Part shown: positions 10,808-20,818 of the stretch, piece by piece
Layout: every line of letters begins with the position of its first letter
How positions within the stretch are numbered: position 1 is the stretch's first letter
DNA from: Candidatus Thorarchaeota archaeon
GTDB lineage: Archaea > Asgardarchaeota > Thorarchaeia > Thorarchaeales > Thorarchaeaceae
DNA: 64,000 nt
Assembly: GCA_020348985.1 (NCBI GenBank)
Contig: CP070761.1
Coordinates: forward strand, 830,324-894,323
Direction: 5' to 3'
Made by a program: the position numbers and the translations under genes
The notes under the pieces: model-generated
Told to the model about the DNA's origin: nothing
What the model saw: only the letters and a program-made list of their open reading frames with translations
The model's database searches: none

Positions 10808-11269
10808 CTAGATGTCGTAGAAATTCTGTCGAGCTGACGTCATCGTCAGAAGGAGAATCGCCACCGCGTTTATTCCAATCATCACCAGTAGGAATTGAGA
10901 GCTTTCAGACCAATCGCTCATAATGAAATTGATGGCCAGAAGCACAATCACTACGAAGTCAACGACTACGGCCATCCGTCCTGAGCCGGACCTCCTACTG
11001 TACATCATCCACGCATAGAGAATCTGTACTATGCCAAAGGGAGGTAGAGCCAATAGAAGGGCCAAGCCAAGTGGATCCGCGATTGTTCCTACATAGGGTA
11101 GGACTGCAATGACAAGCAGCGCTCCCAACCCGAAGTTTGTCACCAACATGAAGCCCGATATGAACTGCAGCAACAATGCAAACAATGAGTTTGTTTCAAG
11201 CTGACTCATCGTTCTTGGTCTATCGGATGGATGAGTCGGAAAAGCAGGTTCATCCTCTGGCCATGCCAT
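10808..11269 (-). CDS. Hypothetical 4-TM membrane protein
   Basis: Four hydrophobic segments; SD-like GAGG upstream. Confidence 0.65.
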   Translation of the reverse strand: MAWPEDEPAFPTHPSDRPRTMSQLETNSLFALLLQFISGFMLVTNFGLGALLVIAVLPYVGTIADPLGLALLLALPPFGIVQILYAWMMYSRRSGSGRMAVVVDFVVIVLLAINFIMSDWSESSQFLLVMIGINAVAILLLTMTSARQNFYDI

Positions 11270-11431
11270 TCTTTATGCCTCTTCTGAAAGGCACACAAAC
11301 TGATATTTGAACATGGTCAAAAGGACTGCTTCACTGTTGCTATAATCAGTATTTCATTTGTCGACTCTGCCCCCAATGGCTTAAATACAACTTGACTTAT
11401 CTGCGAGCCTCTTAATGAAAGGAGTACAGGG

Positions 11432-12415
11432 ATGAATTCGATGGCGAAGAAGGCTGTAGTTGCAATAGGTGGCAACTCTCTAATCAAGGACAAGGCACAT
11501 AGAACCGTTTCAGACCAGTATGCCGCTACTGCGGAAACATGTAAACACATTGCTGACATGATTGAGACAGGCTGGGACGTTGTCATAACTTCTGGAAATG
11601 GGCCTCAAGTAGGTTTCATTCTTCGAAGGTCAGAACTTGCAGCACACGAGTTGCATGAGGTGCCTTTGGACTACTGTGGCGCCGATACGCAGGGTGCGAT
11701 AGGATACATGATTCAGCGAGCTCTCTACAACGAGTTCCATCACAGGAATGTGGACAGGGATGTAGCCTCAGTTGTCACACAGGTATTAGTCGACAGAGAG
11801 GATCCTGCCTTTGAAAATCCTGCCAAGCCTGTTGGATCCTTCATGGAAGAAGATGATGCGAGAAGGAGAGAGAAGGACGAGGGGTGGATTGTCAAAGAAG
11901 ACTCTGGAAGAGGCTGGAGACGAGTAGTACCTTCGCCAATTCCTCAAAGGATAATCGAGCTACCAGCAATAAAGGCGCTCATAAGAGATGGAGTGATTGT
12001 CTATGCTGTTGGTGGCGGCGGCATCCCTGTAATAGAGGATGAGCATGGATATCTGAAAGGAGTCGCGGCCGTAATTGACAAGGATCGCGCGTCAAGCCTA
12101 TTGGCCACAGGACTCGAGGCAGACGTGCTTCTGATCTCAACAGCTGTTGAACAGGTGTATCTCAATTTCGGTACAGATGAGCAGCAACCTATAAACAAGA
12201 TGACTCACGTTGAAGCCGAACGGCATTTAGCAGAAGGTCACTTCGCGCCGGGGAGTATGAAACCGAAAATCGAAGCGTGTGTCCAATTCATCAAGAATGG
12301 AGGCGACTTGGCGATAATCACCGACCCGCCAAACATTACGAGAGCACTCGCGGGAGAGACAGGGACTCACATAGTTCGCGGACATCATGTACCTCCGCCC
12401 CCGGAGAGAAGGTAG
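11432..12415 (+). CDS. arcC: Carbamate kinase
   Basis: VVAIGGNSL, GNGPQVG, GWRRVVPSP, GGGGIPV, AVIDKD, GSMKPK. Confidence 0.95.
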   Translation: MNSMAKKAVVAIGGNSLIKDKAHRTVSDQYAATAETCKHIADMIETGWDVVITSGNGPQVGFILRRSELAAHELHEVPLDYCGADTQGAIGYMIQRALYNEFHHRNVDRDVASVVTQVLVDREDPAFENPAKPVGSFMEEDDARRREKDEGWIVKEDSGRGWRRVVPSPIPQRIIELPAIKALIRDGVIVYAVGGGGIPVIEDEHGYLKGVAAVIDKDRASSLLATGLEADVLLISTAVEQVYLNFGTDEQQPINKMTHVEAERHLAEGHFAPGSMKPKIEACVQFIKNGGDLAIITDPPNITRALAGETGTHIVRGHHVPPPPERR

Positions 12416-12471
12416 AGTCACTTGGACCGCTAGATTAATGGTCAGCCTGACATTCCCAGGCACGACTCAAA

Positions 12472-12852
12472 ATGACTCGAGAAGTGATTTCTACTGAGGA
12501 TGCCCCGAAGGCAATCGGCCCCTACTCACAAGCAATCAAGGCCAATGGCTTTGTGTTTTGCTCAGGTCAGATACCAATAGTTCCGGGGACCGGGGAGATT
12601 CTGAATGGATCAATGGCAGAGCAAACAAGGCAGTCGCTTTCAAACATATCATCAGTCTTAGAAGCCGCTGGCTCGTCATTGAGCAACGTCGTCAAGGTGA
12701 CTGTCTTTCTCAAAGACATGGACGACTTTGGCGAGATGAATGAGGAGTATGCTAGGTGGTTTCCAGCGGATCCACCTGCAAGAGCTGCAATCCAGGCCGC
12801 AAGGCTACCCAGAGATGTTGGAGTTGAGATTGAAGCTATCGCAATTGCCTGA
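12472..12852 (+). CDS. ridA: RidA (YjgF/UK114) enamine/imine deaminase
   Basis: [28 protein letters not shown]. Confidence 0.95.
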   Translation: MTREVISTEDAPKAIGPYSQAIKANGFVFCSGQIPIVPGTGEILNGSMAEQTRQSLSNISSVLEAAGSSLSNVVKVTVFLKDMDDFGEMNEEYARWFPADPPARAAIQAARLPRDVGVEIEAIAIA

Positions 12853-12870
12853 CTATAGGTTGAGCGGGCT

Positions 12871-14070
12871 TCAAAGACTTGAAAGCGCCTTTGTCTCCAT
12901 GTCGTGGACTTGAGCAAGCAGGTCCCTAATTGGCTCAATGATTCTTGAGAAGTAGGGGACGGCTTCGTCTATAGCTTGTTCCATGAGACTTGGAAGTCTA
13001 TCACTCTGCTTCTTCACTTTGTTCAAAGCCTTCGGACCCTTCTTCTCAAGATCCGAATTGTTTGTCCAGTGGATCTTTCTGATCTCCGCAAGACTATCAT
13101 ACTCGTCCGAAAGAAACGAGTTCGCGATATTTGTCCAAACATCTGAAATCTCTTCAAATTCTGAACTAGCATCCAGAAGATGATCTTCTTCCATCAACTC
13201 TCCGGCTTCTCGCAGGAACGTAGAGTAAATCCGTCTGAAGATGGCACCCCCAGAGCCTCCAGTCTCTATGTAGATATAATGATGTATCATACCTATTAGC
13301 AACCAATTGGGATTGTTTATCATTTTGGGATACTTGGGCAGCATCTCACGCCATTTCAGTATACCATTCAAACCCAGATTCTTGATTGGTGCATTAAACA
13401 TGAAGTCAACATTCTCCTCAATCGCTTTGGGAATCAATCTTCTGAGATCTGGCAGACTCTCTGGCATTGTGAACTGAATCATTTGATTCCGCGCTGGAAA
13501 CGGGTGAAACTTGGAAGCTCGCGCCCTTTGGAGTTGCGTAGCGGGCATCGTAAGTGGTACGTCGAATCTATCTGAGATGTATACAATGTCATCTGGCTCG
13601 TTGATTCCGTAAACAAGGAAGGTGTGTTGTCCGAAGTGGTCGTCCTCACTCGTGCCTAGGTGCGGCAAATAGGCTATGTCCGCACAGACAAAGGCAGGTT
13701 GACCGGTTTTGAGTACAGACTTTAGCTGTTGGTGGGCCCGTTTCGTACTTGAGGACTTCAAGACTGTGAAATCTCCGCCTAGACGCTGAATGGCTCTGCC
13801 TACTAAACCTGGAAACCTGCCACTGTTCATTCCGCCAACAATAGGAGCAAACATCCCCTTCTGAAACCAGTAGACAAATCCCAATCCGGATGCGATTCCG
13901 ACGAACATCTCTTCACTGATCTCATGTCCATAGTGTAACAGCAGTTTCCTAACTGCACTTGTCTGGCAATTGAGGCCGCCGGGCGTATGCTCAAAGTCCA
14001 GCATGATTACGTCGTCTTCTATACCAGCAGGTTCAAACTCCTTCTTCGAGTCTTTCATTCTTTGAATCAC
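12871..14070 (-). CDS. BtrH N-terminal/DUF4872 papain-like protein
   Basis: NCQTSA, SEEMFVGIASGLGFVY, HFGQH.FLVYG, GSGGAIFRRIY. Confidence 0.8.
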   Translation of the reverse strand: MIQRMKDSKKEFEPAGIEDDVIMLDFEHTPGGLNCQTSAVRKLLLHYGHEISEEMFVGIASGLGFVYWFQKGMFAPIVGGMNSGRFPGLVGRAIQRLGGDFTVLKSSSTKRAHQQLKSVLKTGQPAFVCADIAYLPHLGTSEDDHFGQHTFLVYGINEPDDIVYISDRFDVPLTMPATQLQRARASKFHPFPARNQMIQFTMPESLPDLRRLIPKAIEENVDFMFNAPIKNLGLNGILKWREMLPKYPKMINNPNWLLIGMIHHYIYIETGGSGGAIFRRIYSTFLREAGELMEEDHLLDASSEFEEISDVWTNIANSFLSDEYDSLAEIRKIHWTNNSDLEKKGPKALNKVKKQSDRLPSLMEQAIDEAVPYFSRIIEPIRDLLAQVHDMETKALSSL

Positions 14071-14731
14071 CCTTCTTCTTGCTAAACGAATACTTGCGCC
14101 TCTCCTCCTTTATGGATCTGAGAAGAGAGCTTAACCATTCTCTCTCGCATCTTAGAACAGTGAGGGGTCGTTCAAATAGGGCAATAACAACACCGAAGTT
14201 GTCCTGATCTTCAAACTCGGGTCTTCTTCGGGATCCTGATTCTGCTTGTCCTTCGGTGTCCGTTGCTGACTCTATCCTCTCAAAGACCTCGACGTTCCCG
14301 TGTAGGAACCTGATTCGTTCATCAAGACGCCCAATGTACGCTTGGATTGCGCTGACAACCTGGCTTTTCGTCAAGAGTGAACTCCCAGAAAGCCCGAGAT
14401 CAAACTGACTGAAGCGACGAGGCGGATCGCTTAGAAGTCTGACCAGTTCCGTTTCAAGTGTCTGCTTCCCTCGCCTTGTGAGTGAATACACCTTTCTAGA
14501 AGGTCCGAGAGACCCTGTTCCTTCCTTGCTAGCAATTAGTCCCCATTCTTCAAGCTTAGACAGTGCCTTGTATACCGATGACATCTTGATCTCCACCCAA
14601 TTTCGATAACCATGTTCATCGAGTATCTTGTCAATCTCATACCCATACCGGGCACCCCGACCAATCAAGGAGAGAACGGAAATGTAAGTGGGTGCAAGCT
14701 GTTCTGGAGGAGATGATTTCGTTGCAGACAT
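14033..14731 (-). CDS. PadR-family transcriptional regulator
   Basis: YGYEI, SSVYKALSKLEEWGLI, RKVYSLTRRG. Confidence 0.9.
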   Translation of the reverse strand: MSATKSSPPEQLAPTYISVLSLIGRGARYGYEIDKILDEHGYRNWVEIKMSSVYKALSKLEEWGLIASKEGTGSLGPSRKVYSLTRRGKQTLETELVRLLSDPPRRFSQFDLGLSGSSLLTKSQVVSAIQAYIGRLDERIRFLHGNVEVFERIESATDTEGQAESGSRRRPEFEDQDNFGVVIALFERPLTVLRCEREWLSSLLRSIKEERRKYSFSKKKGDSKNERLEEGV

Positions 14732-14747
14732 CTGGCGAGCTCCGCAA

Positions 14748-14797
14748 GTATTCTACTAGTACAATAGATGCTATTCTACTGGTGTAATAGTATATAA
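14748..14797 (-). promoter_or_regulatory. TATA box (14791-14797, minus strand) followed by two 20-bp pseudo-palindromic operators upstream of padR
   Basis: GTATTCTACTAGTACAATAG (14748-14767) and CTATTCTACTGGTGTAATAG (14771-14790); consensus CTATT-N2-ACTAGT-N2-AATAG. Confidence 0.65.
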
Positions 14798-14878
14798 GTG
14801 CTTCGTCAGCCCGAGCTCACCTAGTCGTCACTTTCTATTGGCAAATCCGCTGTGAGCAACTGAATCTGCGACATGAGA

Positions 14879-17740
14879 TCAAACTTCGGCAGGAGTGTCC
14901 GTTCCATCCTCATCTGACCACTGATCGAACAATAGATAGTATGGAACAAGTATCGCAGGCAAGCAAGCGACCAAGACTACTAGCCAATCACTCAATGCAA
15001 GTGGCACTGTGCTGAATGCGAAACTCAACGGACTGTAGAATGTCAGAAGCGTTAACAGAAACGAGAACACAATAGCGGCCATAACATACTTGGCCTCTCT
15101 GATCTCAGTCTTCCAGATGGGTCTGTGCTCATCTCTGCAGCTGAAAACGAACAACAATTCGAAGAGTATGAGGCCTGCAAAGGACATGGATCTAGCATAG
15201 AGTAGCGTATCTGTCCATTGACCAGCATACCAGTTGACAGCGGGACCAGTAATGCCTGGTATCCAGCCTGGTGTGGAGACCCAAATAGCCCACAAGAATA
15301 GCAGTCCAGATGATAGGAACGCAAAAATCCCTCCGACGATAATCATCCTAAACATGCCTCTGTCCAACATTCGCTGCCCAGGTTTTCGCCCCTTGTGGTC
15401 CATCAGTCCCTTCTCTGCAGGGTCTACACCTAGTGCTAAAGCCGGAAATCCGTCTGTTACGAGATTCAACCAAAGTATCTGAACTGGTATTAGCGGAATC
15501 GGGAGACCTAGCATCACCATAATGAAGACGAGCAGTACCTCTCCTGCATTTGCTGAAAGAAGGTATCTCACGAATTTCCGGATATTGGCATAGATCTCGC
15601 GGCCGACCTCAACTGCCGTCACAATTGTGGCAAAGTTGTCGTCAGCCAAGATGACGTCCGATGCTTCTTTCGTGACGTCTGCACCACGGATACCCATTGA
15701 GACTCCCACGTCAGCGGACTTGATTGCCGGCGCATCGTTCACGCCGTCACCAGTCATGGCCACTATATGATCCTGCTCTTTCAGAGCCTTCACAATACGG
15801 AGCTTATGTTCTGGCGCAACTCTTGCGAAGACATCAACATCTCTACTAACTCGAGCGAGCTCCTGATCTGTCATTTCCTCAAGCTGCGAGCCCGAAATGA
15901 CGACTGCATCTCTATCAATCAGTCCTACGCTTCTTGCGACAGCACGAGCAGTCAATGCATGGTCGCCTGTGATCATAAGAGGCCGTATTCCTGCCTTTCG
16001 TGCAGTAATGACGGCTCCACGGACCTCCTCTCTTGGGGGATCCAGCATCCCGCAGAGGCCAACGAAAATCAGGTCCTTCTCTACTTTTGTGGGATCGAGT
16101 GGCTCTGCAATGTCCCTCCTTGAGATCTTCCTGTAGGCGAAAGCCAACACTCTCATCGCCTGCCCAGCAAGGTCGGTGTTGATTTTCAGGATCTGTTCCT
16201 TGGATTCATCGTCGAGGTCAATCTCATCTCCACTCACATAGTTCTGTGTGCACCTTTCCAGAATCACTTCAGGTGCACCTTTGACGAAGGCCCACAATTG
16301 TCCGTCAAGATCCTCAACAACCATCGTCATTCGTTTTCTCTTCGAATCGAATGATATCTCAATAACTTCATCGTATTTCTGCATAGCATCTTCGTGCGGA
16401 AGACAGGCCTTCTCAGCAGCGATGAGGATGGCACCCTCGGTTGGGTCTCCGACTATTGAGAAATCGTTACCCGTTTCCAAGTCTGGTTGTAAGACAGTGT
16501 TTGCACACATTTGTCCAATCTCAAAAAGTCTGACAAGATGTGGGTCAAACTGTGGCTGATACCGTAGGTCCGCGTGTGGAAACCTATCATCATATGGAAA
16601 TGCATCCACACCAAGCACAAATTCTCCGGTTCGATTGTATCCAGTGCCCGTGACTGTTATGTTAGTCCGATTGACATAGACAGCGCGGACTGTCATCTCG
16701 TTCTTTGTGATGGTGCCAGTCTTATCTGACGCTATCACCGTAGTAGAACCAAGTGTCTCCACTGATGGAAGACGACGAACGATTGCGTTCCGTCTGACCA
16801 TTCTCTGAACACCAATCGCTAACGTTATCGTGACTACTGCGGGGAGACCTTCGGGAATTGCAGCCACAGCAAGTGCAATGGCAACAAGGAACGATTCGAG
16901 CAAGGCCTGCTCAGGTATCATTATTACTTGTGCAGCGAAAACAATCGCACAAAGTGCCAGAATCATTAGGCCAACTTTCTTTCCCATGTCTTCAAGGTCG
17001 ACCTGGAGAGGAGTCATCTCCTTCTCGCTCTCTTGAACAAGCTGAGCGATTTTTCCAAACTGAGTCTTCATGCCAGTAGCAGTAATGACTGCGGATCCTT
17101 TTCCGGCAGTTATTACTGAACCTTGGAAGACCATATTCCGCATGTCACCAACTACTGGGCCTTCTAGCTGAAGTGGCTCGTTGGTCTTCCGCGCAGCCAC
17201 GGATTCTCCGGTGAGCACAGCTTCATCTGATGAAAGTCCGACTGCTTGGAAAATCCGACCGTCCGCAGGAACCTTCACGCCAGATTCGAAGAAAACTACA
17301 TCGCCCGGAACGACATCTCTGGATTCAACTTCGACCCAGCGTCCGTCTCTCTTGACTCTAGCTCGTGGGGCAGCAAGTTTCTTGAGAGCTTCTAGCGCCT
17401 TCTCAGATTTGTACTCCTGATAGAAGCCAAAAACTGCATTGAATACAACAATGACAGAAATGACTATGGCGTCGACAAATCCTTCCTCTCCGTGTGCATC
17501 ACCTATGAGACTCATAGCAACAGAGATCAGAATTGCAAAGAGCAGAATGATTACAAGCGGGTCCATGAATTGCTGAAGAAACATCTGAAGCGGGCCGGTT
17601 CTCTTCGCCTCAACTAGTTCATTTGGTCCGTAAACTTCTAGTCTTCTCTCCGCCTCCGCCTGTTTTAATCCGTCAACGGAAGAGTCTAGTCTTTCTAGAG
17701 TTGTTTCTGCGTCGATCAAATACCAGTCGTCTTCGGACAC
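14879..17740 (-). CDS. P-type (IIA-like, Ca2+) cation-transporting ATPase
   Basis: TGES, IPEGL, DKTGT, KGAPE, DPPR, TGDGVNDAP, NLVTD. Confidence 0.95.
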   Translation of the reverse strand: MSEDDWYLIDAETTLERLDSSVDGLKQAEAERRLEVYGPNELVEAKRTGPLQMFLQQFMDPLVIILLFAILISVAMSLIGDAHGEEGFVDAIVISVIVVFNAVFGFYQEYKSEKALEALKKLAAPRARVKRDGRWVEVESRDVVPGDVVFFESGVKVPADGRIFQAVGLSSDEAVLTGESVAARKTNEPLQLEGPVVGDMRNMVFQGSVITAGKGSAVITATGMKTQFGKIAQLVQESEKEMTPLQVDLEDMGKKVGLMILALCAIVFAAQVIMIPEQALLESFLVAIALAVAAIPEGLPAVVTITLAIGVQRMVRRNAIVRRLPSVETLGSTTVIASDKTGTITKNEMTVRAVYVNRTNITVTGTGYNRTGEFVLGVDAFPYDDRFPHADLRYQPQFDPHLVRLFEIGQMCANTVLQPDLETGNDFSIVGDPTEGAILIAAEKACLPHEDAMQKYDEVIEISFDSKRKRMTMVVEDLDGQLWAFVKGAPEVILERCTQNYVSGDEIDLDDESKEQILKINTDLAGQAMRVLAFAYRKISRRDIAEPLDPTKVEKDLIFVGLCGMLDPPREEVRGAVITARKAGIRPLMITGDHALTARAVARSVGLIDRDAVVISGSQLEEMTDQELARVSRDVDVFARVAPEHKLRIVKALKEQDHIVAMTGDGVNDAPAIKSADVGVSMGIRGADVTKEASDVILADDNFATIVTAVEVGREIYANIRKFVRYLLSANAGEVLLVFIMVMLGLPIPLIPVQILWLNLVTDGFPALALGVDPAEKGLMDHKGRKPGQRMLDRGMFRMIIVGGIFAFLSSGLLFLWAIWVSTPGWIPGITGPAVNWYAGQWTDTLLYARSMSFAGLILFELLFVFSCRDEHRPIWKTEIREAKYVMAAIVFSFLLTLLTFYSPLSFAFSTVPLALSDWLVVLVACLPAILVPYYLLFDQWSDEDGTDTPAEV

Positions 17741-18001
17741 AGTACCACTTCAGTGTGCGCGGGCCAAAAGCCTGCCCCTTCTAAGGTTTTCTCTACGCCA
17801 AAAATGACGTGGGACGTACAATTCAGCATGGGACATTCTCATTAGAGTCTTTTCCGCATTGCTGGTTTTTTTGATGAGAAGAGATAAAAAAAGGACGGCG
17901 TTCCAAGCAAAAATGTGCTACTAAGGCAATGCTTTTGAGTGAAATAGCCCGGCGCACACAAGAGAAAACAGTGGAGAAAGACTTCACGTAGGGAGCTAGA
18001 A

Positions 18002-18634
18002 TTGCACGGGAAGACAGATCACAGGGCAGATGTTGGCGAAATACTAAGCCAGGCTTCATGCTTTATCAAGGAATCTCAGTATGACAGAGCGATTAAGGAA
18101 CTGGAGAGAGGCCTAGCCATTGAGCCCGATAACAGGATCTTCTGGGAGGGCGTTGTGGTCTGTAATCTGGGTATGAAGAAGCCCGAGAAGGCGATAGAAG
18201 CTCTCAACCATATCCTCAGGATTGATCCACTGGCAGGACAGATCTGGGGTGACAAAGGCTACCTGCATCTTCTTCTGAATGAGAAGACCGAGGGAATTCA
18301 AGCACTAAAGGAGAGTCTCCGCATAAATCCAAGAAACCCACGCGATTGGCAACTACTTGCAGGCGCCTATGTCTCTGAGGACGAGTGGGAGCTTGCGTTA
18401 GACTGCTATGAGCGGTCTCTTTACCTCGATCCGAACTCGTCTACATCTTGGTACAACTCTGCGGTATGCTACTTCATGCTTGGCGACTATGAAGCTGCAC
18501 TGGTTGCAGTAGAGAATTCGATATCCATAGACCCTTCGCTTGAGTACTTGGCTTCAGAGTGGATTGATATTCTAAGAGATGACATGATAGCACCAGATCT
18601 TGTGACCTACAGTTACGATGAGCCGGCAAGCTAG
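18002..18634 (+). CDS. Tetratricopeptide repeat protein
   Basis: About five TPR units (A..L.P.N...W periodicity). Confidence 0.85.
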   Translation: MHGKTDHRADVGEILSQASCFIKESQYDRAIKELERGLAIEPDNRIFWEGVVVCNLGMKKPEKAIEALNHILRIDPLAGQIWGDKGYLHLLLNEKTEGIQALKESLRINPRNPRDWQLLAGAYVSEDEWELALDCYERSLYLDPNSSTSWYNSAVCYFMLGDYEAALVAVENSISIDPSLEYLASEWIDILRDDMIAPDLVTYSYDEPAS

Positions 18635-18659
18635 CTCCTAGTCTTTGAGTACCTAGGGA

Positions 18660-20594
18660 CTACTTCTCTTCAACAGCGTCCGAATCGTCACCCTCATCTT
18701 CTTCGGGCTCCAGACTGTCCTTCAACAATGCATTCAATTCATTTGTCAAGTCTCGAGTCTGTGACTTCAACTTGAACCGTGTTGCAGTATTGAGTGCCTG
18801 CTGTATAGCTTCAACCAGTCTATCCAATTCTGCCTTCTGTTCGGCACCTTCGGTCATAGAGAAAATTTCCGCCTTTCTTTTTGCCATCACACCCAATAGA
18901 CCTTCAATGGCGGCCAAGGCCTCCTCACGGCTTGTGAAATCCGCCTCAACTTTGTCGTCAGAGGCCTCGATGATTCTTGATATCTGCCCGAAGAGCCCTC
19001 GATATTCATCAAGAGAGGATGACAGAATACCTTCAACTTCACTGTCATCGTCTGCTTCTTTCAACCGTTCTTCTATTTCAACCATGGCCCGCTCGAGGAA
19101 GCCTCTCCGCTCTTCTAGACTCGTCCGTCTCCTCTCCATCCATCGCCACTCACTCCCGATGCTGTGAGTCAAAGCAAGGGCCTGATTTACTTTCTCTTGA
19201 AATTTGCCCAGTTTGGCCTTGGCATCTTCAAGATCTGCTTCCAATCCGTCTGCAATGTGTGAGAGCTGGTAGCTCAGTATATTGTCTGCTTGAGCCTCGG
19301 CAAGGACTCGAGCTTCTTTGAGGGCACGCGCTGCTGCAGTCCACAATGCCTTCACTTCATCATCTGCAGCGGCGGTTCGGCCTTTCATGTCGAGTTCATC
19401 CGAAAGCTGCTCTACTTCTTCACTGAGCTTCTTAATCTCTCCAATCTTGGATCTCAAGAGAGCTCTTCCCAGCCTTGTGTTAAGTTCGGTTGTCAGCCGC
19501 TGACGTTCATCCGGCACTTCCATCAGAGCATGTGTATTGTCAATTAGGAGCTGAAGCGCATTCTCAAACTCTGTGACCGACTCTGGATATTGCGACTGCT
19601 GAAAGAGCTCATCTCCTCGCGCCTGCAGAATCAGTACTTCTTCGAGAACGTCGTACGGCGACGTTCTAAGTAGAGTGGCGCCATAGCCAGAGACTTCCTC
19701 AGCCATTAGGTCGTGTGGACGGTCGTCAAGCATCACTCTGATGATTATTATTCCATCTGAACTTGCAGCGTACACGTACTCGCGGTCAGCAATCGCCCAT
19801 TCAAACTTCACGCCGTTGATCCTGAGCTGACCAACTTCAGTTCCTCGAGTCAAGTCCCATATAGTAAGATAGGATTGAGCAGAAGCAACAACAAGGTATG
19901 GGTATGTAGACCAAATCGATGCTACGGGCACAGATTCCGTGGGAACAAGCGTGTTAACGAGTTTCCATTCTACGCGGTCCCAGATTTTGATTTCACCAGT
20001 GCCCGTACCAATGATTATGTACTCGTTATTTCCTGATGCAACGACGCCTTTCTCCTTGTCTAGTTGCGCAATCTCAGTGGGCGCAGATGTTGTTGCATGT
20101 TTCCATACCACAGGTGCCTCCTTCTTGGCGGAGGTGCAGATCACCTCATCATCTGACCATAGCGTCGTTAAATCGGCCTTGTGCAGCTGCCAACTTGAAG
20201 TCTCATGGGTGTCCTTCTTTATCGACACCAGACGACCTTCGCTAGCCCCAACATAGAAGCGATCACCTTGTAGTGTTGATGTGATGGCCTGATAGGAGAG
20301 TTCAAACCATCCAATCATTCCAAACTCGCCTTTTCTCCAAACGTAGACACGTTTCTCACATGTGGCAAAGACTTGCTCCTCGTCAACATGAACTGCGCTT
20401 GGAGGTGAACTTGTCTCTCCGAGGACAGCAACGGGTTCCCAGTCACTTTTTGAGAAGACCCGTACTCTCCGGTCTCTGCAAGCAGCGTACAGATAGTGCT
20501 CATCGTACGTCAGATGAACGGCGTCAGCCTCCAGGGTGGTCACTATATCTGGTCTAAGAGGTAGCGTTTCATCTCCGGATGCTTGACCAGACAT
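18660..20594 (-). CDS. WD40/beta-propeller + MIT/TPR-like helical bundle + coiled-coil protein
   Basis: N-half WD-like blades (VRVF, VYVW, EIKIWD, LTIWD); central three-helix motif QYPESVTEFENALQLL...RLGRA; helical C-half; acidic tail. Confidence 0.75.
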   Translation of the reverse strand: MSGQASGDETLPLRPDIVTTLEADAVHLTYDEHYLYAACRDRRVRVFSKSDWEPVAVLGETSSPPSAVHVDEEQVFATCEKRVYVWRKGEFGMIGWFELSYQAITSTLQGDRFYVGASEGRLVSIKKDTHETSSWQLHKADLTTLWSDDEVICTSAKKEAPVVWKHATTSAPTEIAQLDKEKGVVASGNNEYIIIGTGTGEIKIWDRVEWKLVNTLVPTESVPVASIWSTYPYLVVASAQSYLTIWDLTRGTEVGQLRINGVKFEWAIADREYVYAASSDGIIIIRVMLDDRPHDLMAEEVSGYGATLLRTSPYDVLEEVLILQARGDELFQQSQYPESVTEFENALQLLIDNTHALMEVPDERQRLTTELNTRLGRALLRSKIGEIKKLSEEVEQLSDELDMKGRTAAADDEVKALWTAAARALKEARVLAEAQADNILSYQLSHIADGLEADLEDAKAKLGKFQEKVNQALALTHSIGSEWRWMERRRTSLEERRGFLERAMVEIEERLKEADDDSEVEGILSSSLDEYRGLFGQISRIIEASDDKVEADFTSREEALAAIEGLLGVMAKRKAEIFSMTEGAEQKAELDRLVEAIQQALNTATRFKLKSQTRDLTNELNALLKDSLEPEEDEGDDSDAVEEK

Positions 20595-20767
20595 GACATC
20601 ATCCCCAGCGCATGGCCATTAGTTCAGAGAAGACGCGTGATGAGGCCTTAAGTCAGTTTCTACGCACCGAAAAATGACACTTTAGAACCATGTTTGAACG
20701 CAGGAATTAGTACCCGCAGAGCTAAATTATGAATGAATATACTAGCTGGTAATAAGTCAGAACAGAG

Positions 20768-20810
20768 TTTAATAGAGGCCCGTTAGATGTCCCATTGCTC
20801 ATTAAGGAGG
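20768..20810 (+). promoter_or_regulatory. Putative TATA box (TTTAATAG) and GGAGG SD of the tubulin-like operon
   Basis: TTTAATAG at 20768-20775; AGGAGG at 20805-20810, 8 nt before an in-frame TTG at 20819. Confidence 0.5.
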
Positions 20811-20818
20811 ATGGTTAT

